Below, one piece after another: positions 12,341 to 24,880 of a stretch of 44,217 bases of DNA. The notes under the pieces were generated by a model. That model saw only the letters and a list, made by a program, of their open reading frames with translations. It had not been told where the DNA came from and searched no databases. This stretch comes from Octopus bimaculoides (lineage: Eukaryota). Made by a program: the position numbers and the translations under genes. The stretch's first letter is position 1; each line of letters opens with the position of its first letter. The stretch covers positions 60,123,509-60,167,725 of the forward strand of contig NC_068986.1 in NCBI RefSeq assembly GCF_001194135.2, in the 5' to 3' direction.

Positions 12341-13141
12341 GGTAATCTTTCAGTATCTGGTGATTAAGAAAGTAAATAATAATTAAAGGGGAAATAAGAA
12401 CTAGGGAAGATAATTAAGTTCTCATTCTTCAAAATAGGTTTTCATTCTTTACTTACACCGAAATCATTCTCCAAAATAGGTTCTCACTGTTTACTTACAC
12501 CGAAATATGTTCTGCCATTCTTTACTTTTGAATTGATCGAAATGGCACGTGGAAGACCAATGGCACCGCAATTGATTGTTCCTGAACTTAAAGTCCTCAA
12601 CCCTGAGTCAATTTTGGAGGAATCTTGGAATATCACTCGATTAAGAAAATCAGAAGGTAAGATTCTTCAGTAGTTGGCACGGTGTCGACTAATTATATGT
12701 ACACTTGCGAAAATTGTAATCCACCATGTGGCCTCACTACGCGTGGTGGCTGTATGGATGGAAAAACGCGGCCTTGTAAGCTCTGTAAAAGGAAGAAATC
12801 AATTCATCACCGTTCATTCTTCGAAAGAAAAAATATTTCACTCTACAATATCGTGTTCCTCGTTTATTGCTGGCCACGCGATTTGTCACGAGAAGATATG
12901 AATGAGTGTTCCATAAACAGCCGACTACTGTAGTAGATTGGTGTAATTTTTGCCGTGAAGTCTGTAACCTATGGCTTCAACAAAACCCAATGGAACCAAA
13001 GGAAAAGACTTTTGTTCACTTTTTGGTGGCTATAGCCAATGTCTACGTTGTTTAACAGTAAGTCGACTTGTTTATCTCTCCTTGTTGTTATTTCCTCTTT
13101 AATTTTTATTTACTTCTTTAAGTAAATACTGAAAGATTACC
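12341..13141 (+). mobile_element. Merlin (IS1595/ISXO2-like) DNA transposon, internal deletion derivative
   Basis: About 70-bp imperfect TIRs GGTAATCTTTCAGTAT (12341-12413 and 13072-13141); 8-bp TSD ATATATAT/ATAGATAT. Broken ORF 12542-13055 with CENC..DGKTRPCKLC..SIHHRSFFE..TVVDWCNFCREVC. About 40-bp subterminal tandem repeats at 12419-12530. Confidence 0.85.
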
Positions 13142-14139
13142 ATAGATATATATGTTTTATTATCCTCTGTTGCGTTTTTGTTCCATTTTTTAAATTTATA
13201 TATACATATAGCGGCGTACGTACACCCTTGTGCTCACCTTATAATAAGTATGTATCTAAATTTTGTACGATTCTTTTGCTGTCTTTTATTCCCCTCATAC
13301 TTTCTTCCTCTTACCTTTTTCTCGTTCCCCCTCTCTCTCAAATTTCTTGATCCTCTCTTTCTTTAACTCCCACTTTTCCACCTCGTTTATCTCCTCTGTA
13401 CCTTTCAATTTGATTTTTTACTAATCCTTCAATCCCGCTGCCCCCTACACCGCTATTCTCCTTCCACGTGTCCGGTGTCCGGCTAGCCATGATCTTTCTT
13501 TCTTGGCCTGACTGCCAGCCGCCAGCATCTTGTATGTCCATTTCCTATGTTCCTGCCTTAAAGCTTTCACTTTATACACGCCAGCTCAATTTGATTCGTC
13601 CTGAGTCGAAAGACACCTGTTGATATATTCTTGTTTGTATTTGTAATTGTGTACTATGTTCTCCGTTTTTTGCTTTTGTTACTGTACACATTCCCTAACT
13701 TTCTTACAAAAAATCTAATGCTCTTAGCTTAGGCTTTTTTGTGGAGGAGAGGGGGGGGGGTAACCTGAACAGTCTCAAGTGTAACTGCCCGAAACTGTAA
13801 GGATATCTGGTTACTTGACTGAAGAAAGAAGGCCACGAATGACCCATCCTTTTTCTCCCTGTCCGCCTTTGTATCGTCTGTCTGTTCGAGTCTTTCATTG
13901 TCCTCTATTGCGTTTTTGTTCNNNNNNNNNNNNNNNNNNNNNNNNNNNNNNNNNNNNNNNNNNNNNNNNNNNNNNNNNNNNNNNNNNNNNNNNNNNNNNN
14001 NNNNNNNNNNNNNNNNNNNNNTGTGAGAGTAGAATAATATCTCCAAGAATACAACTTCTTTACTCCATCCAACTTCAAAGCATATTATATGACAATTGAC
14101 GGGGAGGATAAACCTATAGATATTTGACAACTGAAAGGT

Positions 14140-14660
14140 TGGGTTGATGGATAAATGCTGGCTTGATTGAGGCTGCACATATAAAGGAAGAAAGACCAAA
14201 ACAGGATAAAGTGTGATGATTTATTCAATTCATTAAAAAGTGTTAAGACGGCAAAGCTGTAGAAATACATCTTGAAGGAACAGTCAGAATATATACACAA
14301 ATGGTTTAACATGCAGGTGGTACATAATGATGATGTATGCTGGATAGAACAGGAAAAACACATACGAGACATAATTTCTGCTGGAAGACAGGAACAAACG
14401 TATGCGTCAAAGAATAATTGTGGCTGCCCACGAAAATGAAAATGGCTTTCCAGTCTAAGATCTGAACTCACTCATGATGACCCACCTCATTGAAGGAATA
14501 GCAGGGAAAGCTTCCGTTAAATAGCTGAGGATATCAAGCTTGGCTGGTCTATCACATGATGGGGTGGACAGCCCGCATAAAGCTAGAGGGACTCGCCCAT
14601 CACATGACGATCCAAAATGTGGGTACCTAAAGGTAAAGAGTCATACTGCAAACATGCTTC
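14140..14660 (+). repeat. Unclassified interspersed repeat, copy 1 (decayed coding-like)
   Basis: Clearly homologous to 15895-16428. Confidence 0.7.
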
Positions 14661-15829
14661 TGCTACAACTACCCTCCAGAAGAATGACATCGAAGGAAAG
14701 ATACGAAACCAAAAAAAGACAAAGAAAATTGTAGCAAGAAGGAAAAATGTACAATAAATAGTAAGAACAAAAATGTACAAAAATGATGTGCAATAAAAAA
14801 GAGAAAAAAGATGAGCAAAAAAGGTGTCCAATAAAAATGTACAATACATCAAATACTATGAAAATAGCGAAAAGTTTGTAAAAACGGTTGCAAACTGGTG
14901 AAAAAAATGTTCTCACAGTTCAAGGAGCAAAAGTGGGATGTGAAGCTCCCACACATAAGCAGGTTGAAATAAAAATTTGTTGTAGGCAGAGAAAAAAAAA
15001 TCTGCTGGCATCAATGAAGAAAATGCTGAAATCCATGATGGCAATGGACAAGCGTTTGTCAAATTTGAAATGGCACGAATGGGGGTGATGTTGTGTGGAG
15101 ATGACAAATGAAGATCCCAAAAGTAGTGGTAGTGATAGTGGCCATGACAGGGCATTGAGTTAAACATGGATGCAAAGCTGAAGAACCATAGAGAAAATGT
15201 CGCCTCAAGACGAATATCATGGTGGGAGAAAAAGGTGGCAAACTGCTGAATCCAAGACAACTGGAGATGAAGAGTGACCAAAAATGTGGGATGAAAAGTA
15301 CCGTGCAAATGAAAAAAAATCCAAAGTTCCCCCATTCTCTGGCCATGAGAAATGGGAAATTGATTTTTCATGCAGAAGCAAAATTTCGCAACAGCAGTCA
15401 TAACCAAAGAATTGCTCAAATTGAAAAATGGCGCAAAAAGCAGATAGAATAAAAATGAACTTGGCACGGGAGTGGATCAAAACAAGAAATGCTGCACAAA
15501 AGAAAGCATCAAAACAGTTGCATATTTAACTGAGAAATATTGATGAGCAGATGATTGCTATTTCTAGTAAGCCAATGATGCTGTACAAGCATGAAAGGCC
15601 GGTAGTAGTGGTAAGAAATAATATTTGAAAGTAAAACATCTCTCACACACACATGCCTATAGAAAATGGTTAAAAAAATGTAACCATGAGGTCCTCCAAG
15701 TAAAAACATCTCTAACAGGCTGTCAAGTAAAGGTTCTGATCATATAGTTTAACAAGTAATTCAGAGATATAGAGAATTTCACCAGTAAAAAATATTTAGT
15801 TTCCATGTAGAAAACAATACGGTGGTAGC

Positions 15830-16428
15830 AAAATGAAATCAATTCGTTGCTGGAAACAGTAACATCACATCAGCGGTCAACAGTTTTAATGGTTGGAGGT
15901 TGGGTTGATGGATAAATGCTGGTTTGATTAAGGCTGCATGTATAGATAAAGGTAGAATAGAGGAAACCAAGATTAAGTCCGACAATTTATTCAATCTGTT
16001 AAAAAGTGTTAACATGGCAAAACTGTAGTGATTCATCTTGAAGGAAGAATCAGAATATATAAACAAATGATTTAACATGCAGGTGGTACATAATGATGAT
16101 GTATACTGGATAAAACAGGAAAAGTACATATGAGACATAACTTTTGCTGGAAGACATGAACAAATGTACACGTCGAAGAATAATTGAGGCTGCCTGCGAA
16201 AATAAAAATGGCTTTCTGGCCTATGATCTGAACTCACTCATGATGACTCACCTCACTGGAAATGGTAGGAAAATCTTTCCTTAAACAGCTGAGGACAGTG
16301 CGCTTGGCTGGTTTGTCACGTGATGGGATAGACAGTCTGCATAAAGCTAGAGGGACTCGTCCATCATGTGACGAGCCTAAATGTGGGTACCTAAAGGCAA
16401 AAAGCCAAACTGTGAGCATGCTTCTGCT
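15830..16428 (+). repeat. Unclassified interspersed repeat, copy 2
   Basis: Homologous to 14140-14660; the ORFs at 14085-14471 and 15839-16237 align to each other. Confidence 0.7.
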
Positions 16429-16429
16429 A

Positions 16430-16700
16430 CAGATGGAAGAAATTCAGCATAATGGATGCTGTGGATAATAGTACTGAGTCATGGAATGAAGTGAAACCTT
16501 CAGCTTTCAATAGTGCTTGGAAAAAAAAAGATATTGTGACACTTGCAAAGGATGTACAATTTGAAGAAATCATTTATGATGATGTGACTGAATTGCTTGC
16601 AATCCAGAGAGAAAGTTTATCAAACAAAGACCTGATGCAGTTAGAAAAAGAACAGACTAAGAATGCAGGTGAGATAAAAGTTCCACCTACATCACTTAAA
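16430..16700 (+). mobile_element. Tigger/pogo-like transposase C-terminal fragment
   Basis: WKKFSIMDAVDNSTESWNEVKPSAFNSAWKK..DVTELLAIQRESLSNKDLMQLEKE matches the pattern that follows the DDE domain in Tigger-type proteins. Confidence 0.7.
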
Positions 16701-17289
16701 CTGGCTGCAAAAATTAGATACTTGTTCAGTTTGGTCAGAGTAAAAAGTAAATAAAATTAAGGGGGAGATAAGTAGTAAAAGAAGCAAAGAGACATAACTA
16801 AGGAACATAAACAAGTCAACTTTTTAAACTTTACTTTGTACACAACATAAACACTATCGATCGTGATCAAAAAGTGAAGAAATGTGTTCTTTTTATCTGT
16901 GGAATTCTGTTGGAGCCAAACATCACATACTTCCTGACAGAAATTACTCCAATCCACAACTGTAGTTCAACTACTGACAGAAGCCTCATGCATAATATCA
17001 TTTTGCGACATATCTCATGACCAACAATAAACAATTAAAATGATATTGAACAAAGAAATATTACTTCTCTCAAAAAATGAACAGTAATGAACAGATTTGC
17101 TCCTTTTACAATGCTTGCAGTGCCATAATTTTCCATCAATAACATCACATGGTGAATTACAATTTTCACAGGTGTACATACTCATAATTAGTCAACGCCA
17201 TGCCAACCACTGAAGAATGTTGTCTCCAGCTTTTCCTAATTGAATGATAGTCCACTATTCCTCTCAGATTGATTCACGACTGAAGATTT

Positions 17290-17620
17290 CATGTTCAGGA
17301 ACAATGAATTGCGGGAGCACTACTGATTTTAAAAGAAGATATAGGGCCCACATGAGCTCACTTTTGAATGCCAAATATTCTAATTCTACCACATTGGCAT
17401 CCTGTATTCATGATTTGAAGAGAAGAAATATGAGCTACGTTGTTGAATGGTCAGTCTTGTCTGAAGACCCCCACTTTAATGCTAATTTAAGCAAATGTAG
17501 GTTATGCTTGAGAGAATCGTACTTGATTCTTAAATATTTTGGGCCAAAACTCCTTAATAAATTTTCTGAAGTGGTTCCGTTTTGTAATCATAAGTTTTTT
17601 CTCAACCTTCTTGAAGTTGG
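17290..17620 (+). mobile_element. Penelope-like GIY-YIG endonuclease C-terminal fragment (same group as 9230-10185)
   Basis: GSTTDFKRRYRAHMSSL..YSNSTTLAS.IHDLK..EWSVL..KCRLCLRESYLIL..LLNKFSE..FCNHKF. Confidence 0.75.
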
Positions 17621-17639
17621 AAATGTTTGGAAAAAAATA

Positions 17640-20240
17640 TTTTAAGTGAGGAAAAGACATACAATGGAAATGCAGATTGGATTAGATGCACAGAAGGATC
17701 CTACCAAAATTTACCAGAACAAGCATGGGAAGACATCACAATAAGGATGACACTCACAAAGGTTCATAAGTGGAAATCCTCTGGTAAAGATAGGGTGCCA
17801 AATTTCTGTCTCTCATTGCTCCTGTGCACACATGAAAAGTTAGTTCAGAAATTATGAGAGATCCTAAGAAAACATTTGGTTGGTTAGCAAGTGGTATTAC
17901 TTAGCTACTTCCAAAGAATAATGAAACCAAATTTCCCCAAAACTATTGGCCCACAACCTCCTTGTCTACCACATAAAATTTTAACATCCATCCTTGTTTA
18001 GAAAACATATGCATTTATGAAACAGCAATATTTTCCCCACTGAACAAAAAGGGTGCTGATGGGGCTCATATGGAGCAAAGATCAACTTCTAATCAATCGT
18101 ATAATCCTTGAGAAGTGTCATAACAATCACAGAAATCTCAGTCCCACATAGATTGATTATGAGAAGGCCTTCGACAGCATACCACATTTATGAATCTTGA
18201 AATCACTGGATATCTTCAAAATTTCTCCTGTAATTTCAAACTTCCTGAAGTATGACATGTCAGTGTGGAATACAAATCTCCAATTATACCACTCTAATGA
18301 AGTACTGACTACAACAATATTAATATCAACTGTGACATTTTCCAAGGTGACTCACTTTCACCTCTAATTTTTTGCATAGCCTTAATACCCCTTATAAGTG
18401 AACTTAACAGAACAGAATATGGGTATAAAATTGACAAGAAAATAAGCCATCTGTTTTATATGGAAGACTTAAAACTCTATGGCAAAAATAATAATGAGTT
18501 TGGAGGCCTATATACATACTGTGAAAGCATTCAGTGATGACATCAGGATGGAATTTGGTCTTGATAAATGTGCCAAGGCCACTTTCCAGAAAAGGAAATT
18601 GAAGACCTCACATTCAGTGGTGTTAGATATTGATACAGTTATAAACGAATTTGAACAGGAACAAACTTACAAATACCTCGGAACAAATGAGGGCTCTGGC
18701 ATTCAGCATGCAAGCATGAAAGAGAAAACCAGAAAGGAATGTTACAGGAGTGTTCAAGCAGTTCTGAAATTTGAGTTAAATGTACATAACAAGGTGTTAG
18801 CCATAAATTCCTTAGTAGTTCCAGTTGTTATTTATAGTTTCAATGTGTTGCACTGGAATATCAGCAAAATAAAAAATATTGACAGGAAAATCCTTAAACT
18901 ACTGATTTGTAATAAGATGCATCACCTAAAAGGCAAATGCAGACCGTCTTTACCTTCTCCAGAGCCCCAGGAGATCGATGCTTGATCCTATTTGAAATCT
19001 CTTACAAAACCACCATAATTGGACTGGCCAAATATTTTGAAACATTTAACTACTGGTTGCTAAAACATGTTGAAAACCATGAGAGACATAAGAAGCTTCA
19101 TTTTGTCATGAAGGAGAGCAAAAAATTTGCTAGTGACTTCATGCATAATATCCAGGTTGAAAAGCATGATACAACTGCAGCAACTGTTGTTGCAAAGAAG
19201 GTGAAATCAATGACAAAGTAAAAAACATTTGAACAATTGGCTGATAGGTGGGAACAAAAACTTCTGCATGGCAAATATGTGACCTGTAGCAAACAGGCTG
19301 ATGTAGACCAGAAGCATGCCCATTGGTGGTTGAGGCTAAAGGCAGAGAGTGAAGGCTTTATCTTAGCTGCTCAAGATCAGAGCTTACTGATCAGTAACTA
19401 CCAAATGATGAATAATGGAGTAAACCCAAAGTGCTGATACTGCAACAATGAGACTGGAACAGTGGGCCACCTAATCTCTGGGTGTAAAGTTTTAGCACGT
19501 ATAAAGTATAAATCAAGATGACAGAGTTGGCCAATATCTACACTGGTTAATATGTCAGCATTATAAAATCAAAACTGCTGACAAATGGTACAAGCACCAC
19601 CCTGAGCCCGTAACAGTGAGAGAAAATGTAATGATTCTTTGGTACTTTCCAGTACATACAGACCAGACCATCAAAGCTAATAAACCAGATATTGTTGCGA
19701 AAGACCAAAAAAATAAAGTCTGTTTATTGGTTGACATGAACATACCTTGTGATCATAATATCTTGGCAAAAGAATTTGATAAACTCAGAAAATATAAAGA
19801 TTTGCTGATTGAAAGTAAAAAAATGTAGCATCTCAAGACAGTTACAATACCAGTGATTGTAGGAGCACTGGGAATAATCAAAAAAGAAACTGAAAATTAT
19901 TTGAGAATGATCCCTGGCTTACCAACCATGCAAGAAGTGAAATTGATTATTTTAACATGTATTGAGAAGAGCATTATCACAGTGAATTTTCTTTCCTTTT
20001 TTCCCCTTTATTTTCTTTGTTTTCTTTTTTCTTCTTCCTTTTCTCCTTTTTCTTTTTCCATCCCCTTTTTTCTATCACATGTCTTTGTAAATGAACAATC
20101 TGGTGTGTTTATTTTAATGGCCTGCCAACATACAGTGTAAGTTTCTTTGCCTTAGGTGTCAGGAAAATTCTCAGCAAGAAATGGAAACAAAATTGAAAGA
20201 AGATGATAATGATATTAATAATGATAATAATGATAGTAGT
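17640..20240 (+). mobile_element. R4/Dong-like RLE non-LTR retrotransposon, 5'-truncated and degenerate, with TAA-like tail
   Basis: WKSSGKD, EQKGC..KDQLLIN, IDYEKAFDS.PH, IFQGDSLSPL.F, SHLFYMEDLKLY, EFGLDKC, YKYLG, LAAQDQSL, C..CN...TVGHLISGC, ANKPDIV..VDMNIP, IPVIVGALG; degenerate (TAA/GAT)n at 20205-20240. Confidence 0.9.
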
Positions 20241-20469
20241 TTTAAAATTTTGGCACAAGCCCAGCAGTTTCTGGGAAGGGGGAAAATCAATTACATCGAC
20301 TCCAGAACTCAACTGATACTCATTTTATCACCCCCAAAAGGATTAAAGGCAAAATGAGTAATTACAAAATAACCGGTGACAACAGAGCTTTGTTTTTTTT
20401 AAAAAAAACTTTGCTGTTATTTGCTATCATGTACCTTTGTAGTTGCATGAAGACACCCTCTTGGCCCTT

Positions 20470-20625
20470 GTCTCTCACAAGTGTGTGGTAGCTAGAAGGC
20501 CGAGAGTGGAGCAGCATGAAATGATGTGCCTTGAGCAAAGACACAATGCATCATTCAGATCAAGAATTGAACGCATAACCTCATGACCATAAGCCCAACA
20601 TCCTAACTACTATAACAAATGCCTT
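20470..20625 (-). mobile_element. Diverged tRNA-derived SINE head (family C)
   Basis: Reverse complement: tagtagttaggatgttggg..gcgttcaattc..cattgtgtctttgctcaaggcacat, a tRNA-like head followed by a CCTTGAGCAAG-like block. Confidence 0.5.
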
Positions 20626-20769
20626 CTCTTTCTTAAGGTGTGCATAGTAATGAAAACTGTGCTGCCATATTTGAAAACAATGTGATTGCCATTATAAATG
20701 TTGATTAGTAATAATGTGGAAGCTAAATAGTACTCTAGTGAGCCAAGAAAACTTAATTAAAATTTTGGC

Positions 20770-20880
20770 ATCTTGGGCAAGTGTCTTCTACTATACTCTT
20801 GGGCTGACCAAAGCCTTGTGAGTGGATTTGATAGACAAAAACTGAAGGAAGCCCGTCATGTTTATATATATATATATATG
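20770..20880 (+). mobile_element. SINE family A fragment
   Basis: cttgggcaagtgtcttctactata..ccaaagccttgtgagtggatttg..gaagcccgtc followed by (TA)n. Confidence 0.75.
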
Positions 20881-23240
20881 ATGTGGAAGATAAGTGGAGG
20901 TTTCTACGGGACAACCTGCTGAGGGTCACTGACCAGATCTGTGGATGGTGCAAAGTCCCCTCTCGACCCAAGGTAGCGTGGTGGTGGAACAATGTTGTTG
21001 ACAGGGCCATTAGGGAAAAGAAACATGCTTGGAAGGACTAGAAGAACAGTGGTAGCAGAGAATTGTATGAGACTGCCAGAAGGGAAGCTATGAGACAGGT
21101 TTATTTAGCCAGTGGGGAAGCAGATAAGAAACAATTTGCCAATGTTCTGTGCTATGAGGACCAAAGACTTGAGATATTTCGTGTTGCAAGACAGTGTGTG
21201 AGAGAGAATCGTGATGTCATAGGAGAGAAATGTGTCCTCATGGATAATGGGTCACTTGCATTAAACGAGGCTGCAAAGAGAGAGGTTTGGAGATGCCACT
21301 AGGAAAGGTTGCTAAATAAAGAGATGAATGGGAGAAAGAGAGTCTGCCAAATGCCAACCCAACAGAGGGACCAGCTATCCAAATTGACTACCTTGATAGA
21401 TAAAACAATTTAGGGTATGAAGACAGGGAAAGCTCCCGGCCTATCAGGAATCACTGCAGAGATGCTCAAAATATCTGGTGGTGTTGGCTATAGCCTAGAC
21501 ACCCATATAGTCAACCAGATGATACATGAAGGAGTCATACCCAATGACTGGTGTAGCAGCACCATAGTCAACTACTACAAAGGTAAAGGTGATGCATTAG
21601 ATACAAATAATTACAAAGGTATCAAGTTGTTGGATCAGGTAGTGAAGGTCATGGAGAGGATCATAGCCCAACTAATTAGGGAGAGAGTCAGCCTAGATGA
21701 GATGCTATATTTCTGGTTAGACAGCTGCAGGAGAAATACCTAGCCAAAGATAAACCTCTGTACCTGGCTTTCGTTGACATGGAGAAAGCCTTTGACAGGT
21801 CCGCCGATCCCTTATCTGGTGGTCAATGAGGAAACTAGGGATAGATCAATGGTTAGTGAGTGCTGTGGAAGCCATGTACAGGGATGCTGTCAGTAAGGTG
21901 AGAGTTGGCAACAAGTACAGTGAAGAATTCCGGGTAGGGGTATGGGTCCACTAAGGATCAGTCCTCAGCCCCCTCTTATTCATCATAGTCCTTCAGGCAA
22001 TAACAGAGGAATCCAAGACAAGATGCCCCTGGAAGCTCCTCTATACTGATGACCTTGCTCTAATTGCCGAGTCACTATCAGGACTAGAGGAGAAGTTTCA
22101 GGTGTGGAAACATGGATTAGAATCGAAGGGTCTTAGAGTCAACCTAGCTAAAACCAAAGTCCTAATAAGTAGGAAGGTAGACAAACCACAAACACCTTCA
22201 AGTAGATGGCCCTGCTCGATCTGTAGAAAAGGCATAGGCAGAAACTCCATAAGATATACCCAGTATAAGCTATGGACACATAAGAGGTGCAGCAATATCA
22301 AAGGAAGGCTAACTAGGAAGATAGTTTTTGTATGTGGCAAATGCTCAGGGGCAATAAACACTGAAAATGTACAGAGAACAGCTTCTGTCACATTCCAGGG
22401 AGAAAAACTGGAAGTAGTTGATAGCTTCCAAGTCAGTAGCAGGGGTGGATACTCTGAAAGTGTAGCTGCTAGAATAAGAATAGCCTGGGCAAAGTTCAGA
22501 GAGCTCTTACCTCTGCTGGTGACAAAGGGCCTCTCGCTCAGAGTGAAAGACTGTATGATGCATGTGTACGAACAGCCGTGCTACATTGCAGTGAAACATA
22601 GGCCGTGACTGTTGAGGACAAGTGTAAGCTTGCAAGGAACGAAGCCAGCCAGTGTGCATACACGACAGAGTGTAAGCACCCTGAGAGAAAAGTTGGACTT
22701 AAGAAGCATCAGATGTGGTGTGCGAGAGAGATGACTGCACTGGTACGGTCATTTGTTGCGAATGGATGAGGACAGTTGTGTGAAAAAGTGTCACACCCTA
22801 GCAGTTGAGGGAACCTGTGGAAAAGGTAGACCCAGGAAGACCTGGGTTGAGGTGGTGAAGCACAGCCTTCAAACATTGGACCTCATTGAGGCAATGACTA
22901 GTGACCAAGACCTTAGGAGATATGTTGTGCTTGAGAAGACCCGGCAAGCTAAGTGAGACCTATGCCAGTGGTGTATAACTAGCCCACTTATGAGTACCCT
23001 TCATCCATTGGACAATAAACTTTGCTTGCGAAGACCTGTTGAAGCAAGTGAAATCAAAATCATTGACATGGCCGATGACAGTACCGCCTGATTGGCACTC
23101 ATGCCAGTGAAACATTAAAAGCACCATCTGAGCATGATCGCTGCCAGGGCCGCTGACTGGCTTTTGTGCCGGTGGTATGTAAAAAGCCCCATTCGAGCAT
23201 GATCGTTGTCAGCGTCGCCTTACTGGCACATGTGCTGTAG
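20881..23240 (+). mobile_element. RTE-clade LINE, 5'-truncated and degenerate (RT and part of 3' UTR)
   Basis: VAWWWNN, MKTGKAPGLSGITAEMLK, KGKGDALD.NNYKGIKLLD, AFVDMEKAFDR, SVLSPLLF, LYTDDL, GLRVNLAKTK, CSICRKG..WTHKRCS, WYGHLLRM, GRPRKTW; internally repetitive 3' UTR. Confidence 0.92.
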
Positions 23241-23678
23241 AATCTTTGCCAGATCAAAGAGAAATATCAACATTTCTGGTAAATGTTTGATTTTTCCTGA
23301 ACAACTGCACTATAATCTTATTGAAGTGATTTTGAAATTCAGTAATCAGTTATTTAGGAGACTGTCCAAGATTTTGCCAAAATTTAGTAAAATTTTCCAT
23401 TAACCTGCAAGAAGTTTTCACAATTTTTCCCATTACTCATTTTCTCTCTTCCCTATTTGAATCCCCATATGCATTATGAAACAACACATGGAAATTATTC
23501 TCCCATTTTCTGTATTTCTATAGAATATCATGAAAAAAGTCCTATGCTCAAAACATTGATAAAATTTTTCTTTCTGATAGCATAATTTTATATCATGAAA
23601 TAAACTTCCCAACGAACTTTATGATTTCTGAGCCGCATTATTCTGGAAAGTGGCTTCTCTGAGCTCTTGTGTTGAAAC

Positions 23679-23922
23679 TGCATTATAAAAGATTCATTTT
23701 AGTTGTGTAAGAATACGGAGATTATCAAATTTACTTTTCATGTATTTCTTGAGGTGCCAAATTTTCATCACACTACTGTGCTCCAGTCATTGTCATGGTT
23801 TCATTGTGACTCTTGTAATGGAACTGTCGATGTGTCAGTAGAGTGATGAAAATTTTGGTGCTTCAAGAAATAAATGGAAAGTAAATTTAATAGTGATGCT
23901 AAAATGACTCTTCTATGATGCA
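23679..23922. repeat. Foldback/MITE-like inverted repeat
   Basis: Arms at about 23679-23778 and 23836-23922 are reverse-complementary, with an 18-nt divergent patch in the left arm. Confidence 0.75.
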
Positions 23923-24675
23923 ATTGCAATTTTTGTTGTTGTGGCTGTTGTTACTTAGCCTTGTATCATTATTATCTGAGCAGGTCTATGATGAAAGCAA
24001 ACTAACCACAACATGCATAGGCTGACACACTGCTACAAAAGCACAACAGCAACAAACTTGAGAGACATGCCTAGTTGTTTGGCCACGAGTCTGTACCATA
24101 GGTCTGCGTAATCAGTGTTAACCTTGGATAACATAATAGCAAAAACTTCCGCCAAGTTACCATGTTATGGTTCTTCAAATACTTGGCTTTACATCTATCA
24201 ATCCCTCCCCATGTCTTCTATAAATTTTTGCTAGATTTGCAAGAGGGGAAAAATGTTTGCTTTTTATTACCTTGATAGCAGACATTTTATGAATACATTG
24301 CAAATGAGAGGTCTCAATTGCTTGTTGAAATATAGGTATGCTTGATAAAGTTCTGGTCCTATGTAAACACACACACACACACACATTTTAAAGAAACTTT
24401 TTGTTCATTTTATCCAATTTATATCTCAATTTATTTGAGATGGTGGCTGATCAAAAGTTTGTGAGGTAGTAAGTTACTATTTTACCTCTATTTCTACTAG
24501 CAGTGGAAGCTGCTTATAGTGATCACTTTGAAACAGAGCCTTCTAGATAACAGTAACTGGTTTATTAACTACAAACAGAGGATATAAAGAATTCTGAGAG
24601 TGTCTGAAACAGAAATATTTGGTTAACAATAACAGTTTAATAGCATTATTTGTAATTTTAGATAATGCTAAAGTT

Positions 24676-24880
24676 GAGCTGGCAGAATTGTTAGTTCATT
24701 GGATGAAATGCTTCACAGTATTTCTTCCACCTTTACATTCTGTGTTTAAATTCCACTGAGATAAACTTTACCTTTCATCCTTTCAGGGTCGAGGAAATAG
24801 GTACCAATCAAGTATTGGGATCGGTGTAATCGACTTCTTCCACTCCTCAAAAACTGCAGGTCCTGTGCCAAAAATTTGAA
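24676..24880 (+). mobile_element. SINE family B copy
   Basis: gagctggcagaattgttag..ctttcatcctttcagggtcgagg..gtaatcgact. Confidence 0.75.

Noticed and set aside
13759-13820. GTAAC-CTGAACAG...CCCGAAAC...GTTAC, hammerhead-like layout
   Set aside because: The core needs a multi-base deletion, the triplet would be NUG and stem III does not form. Too degenerate to support.
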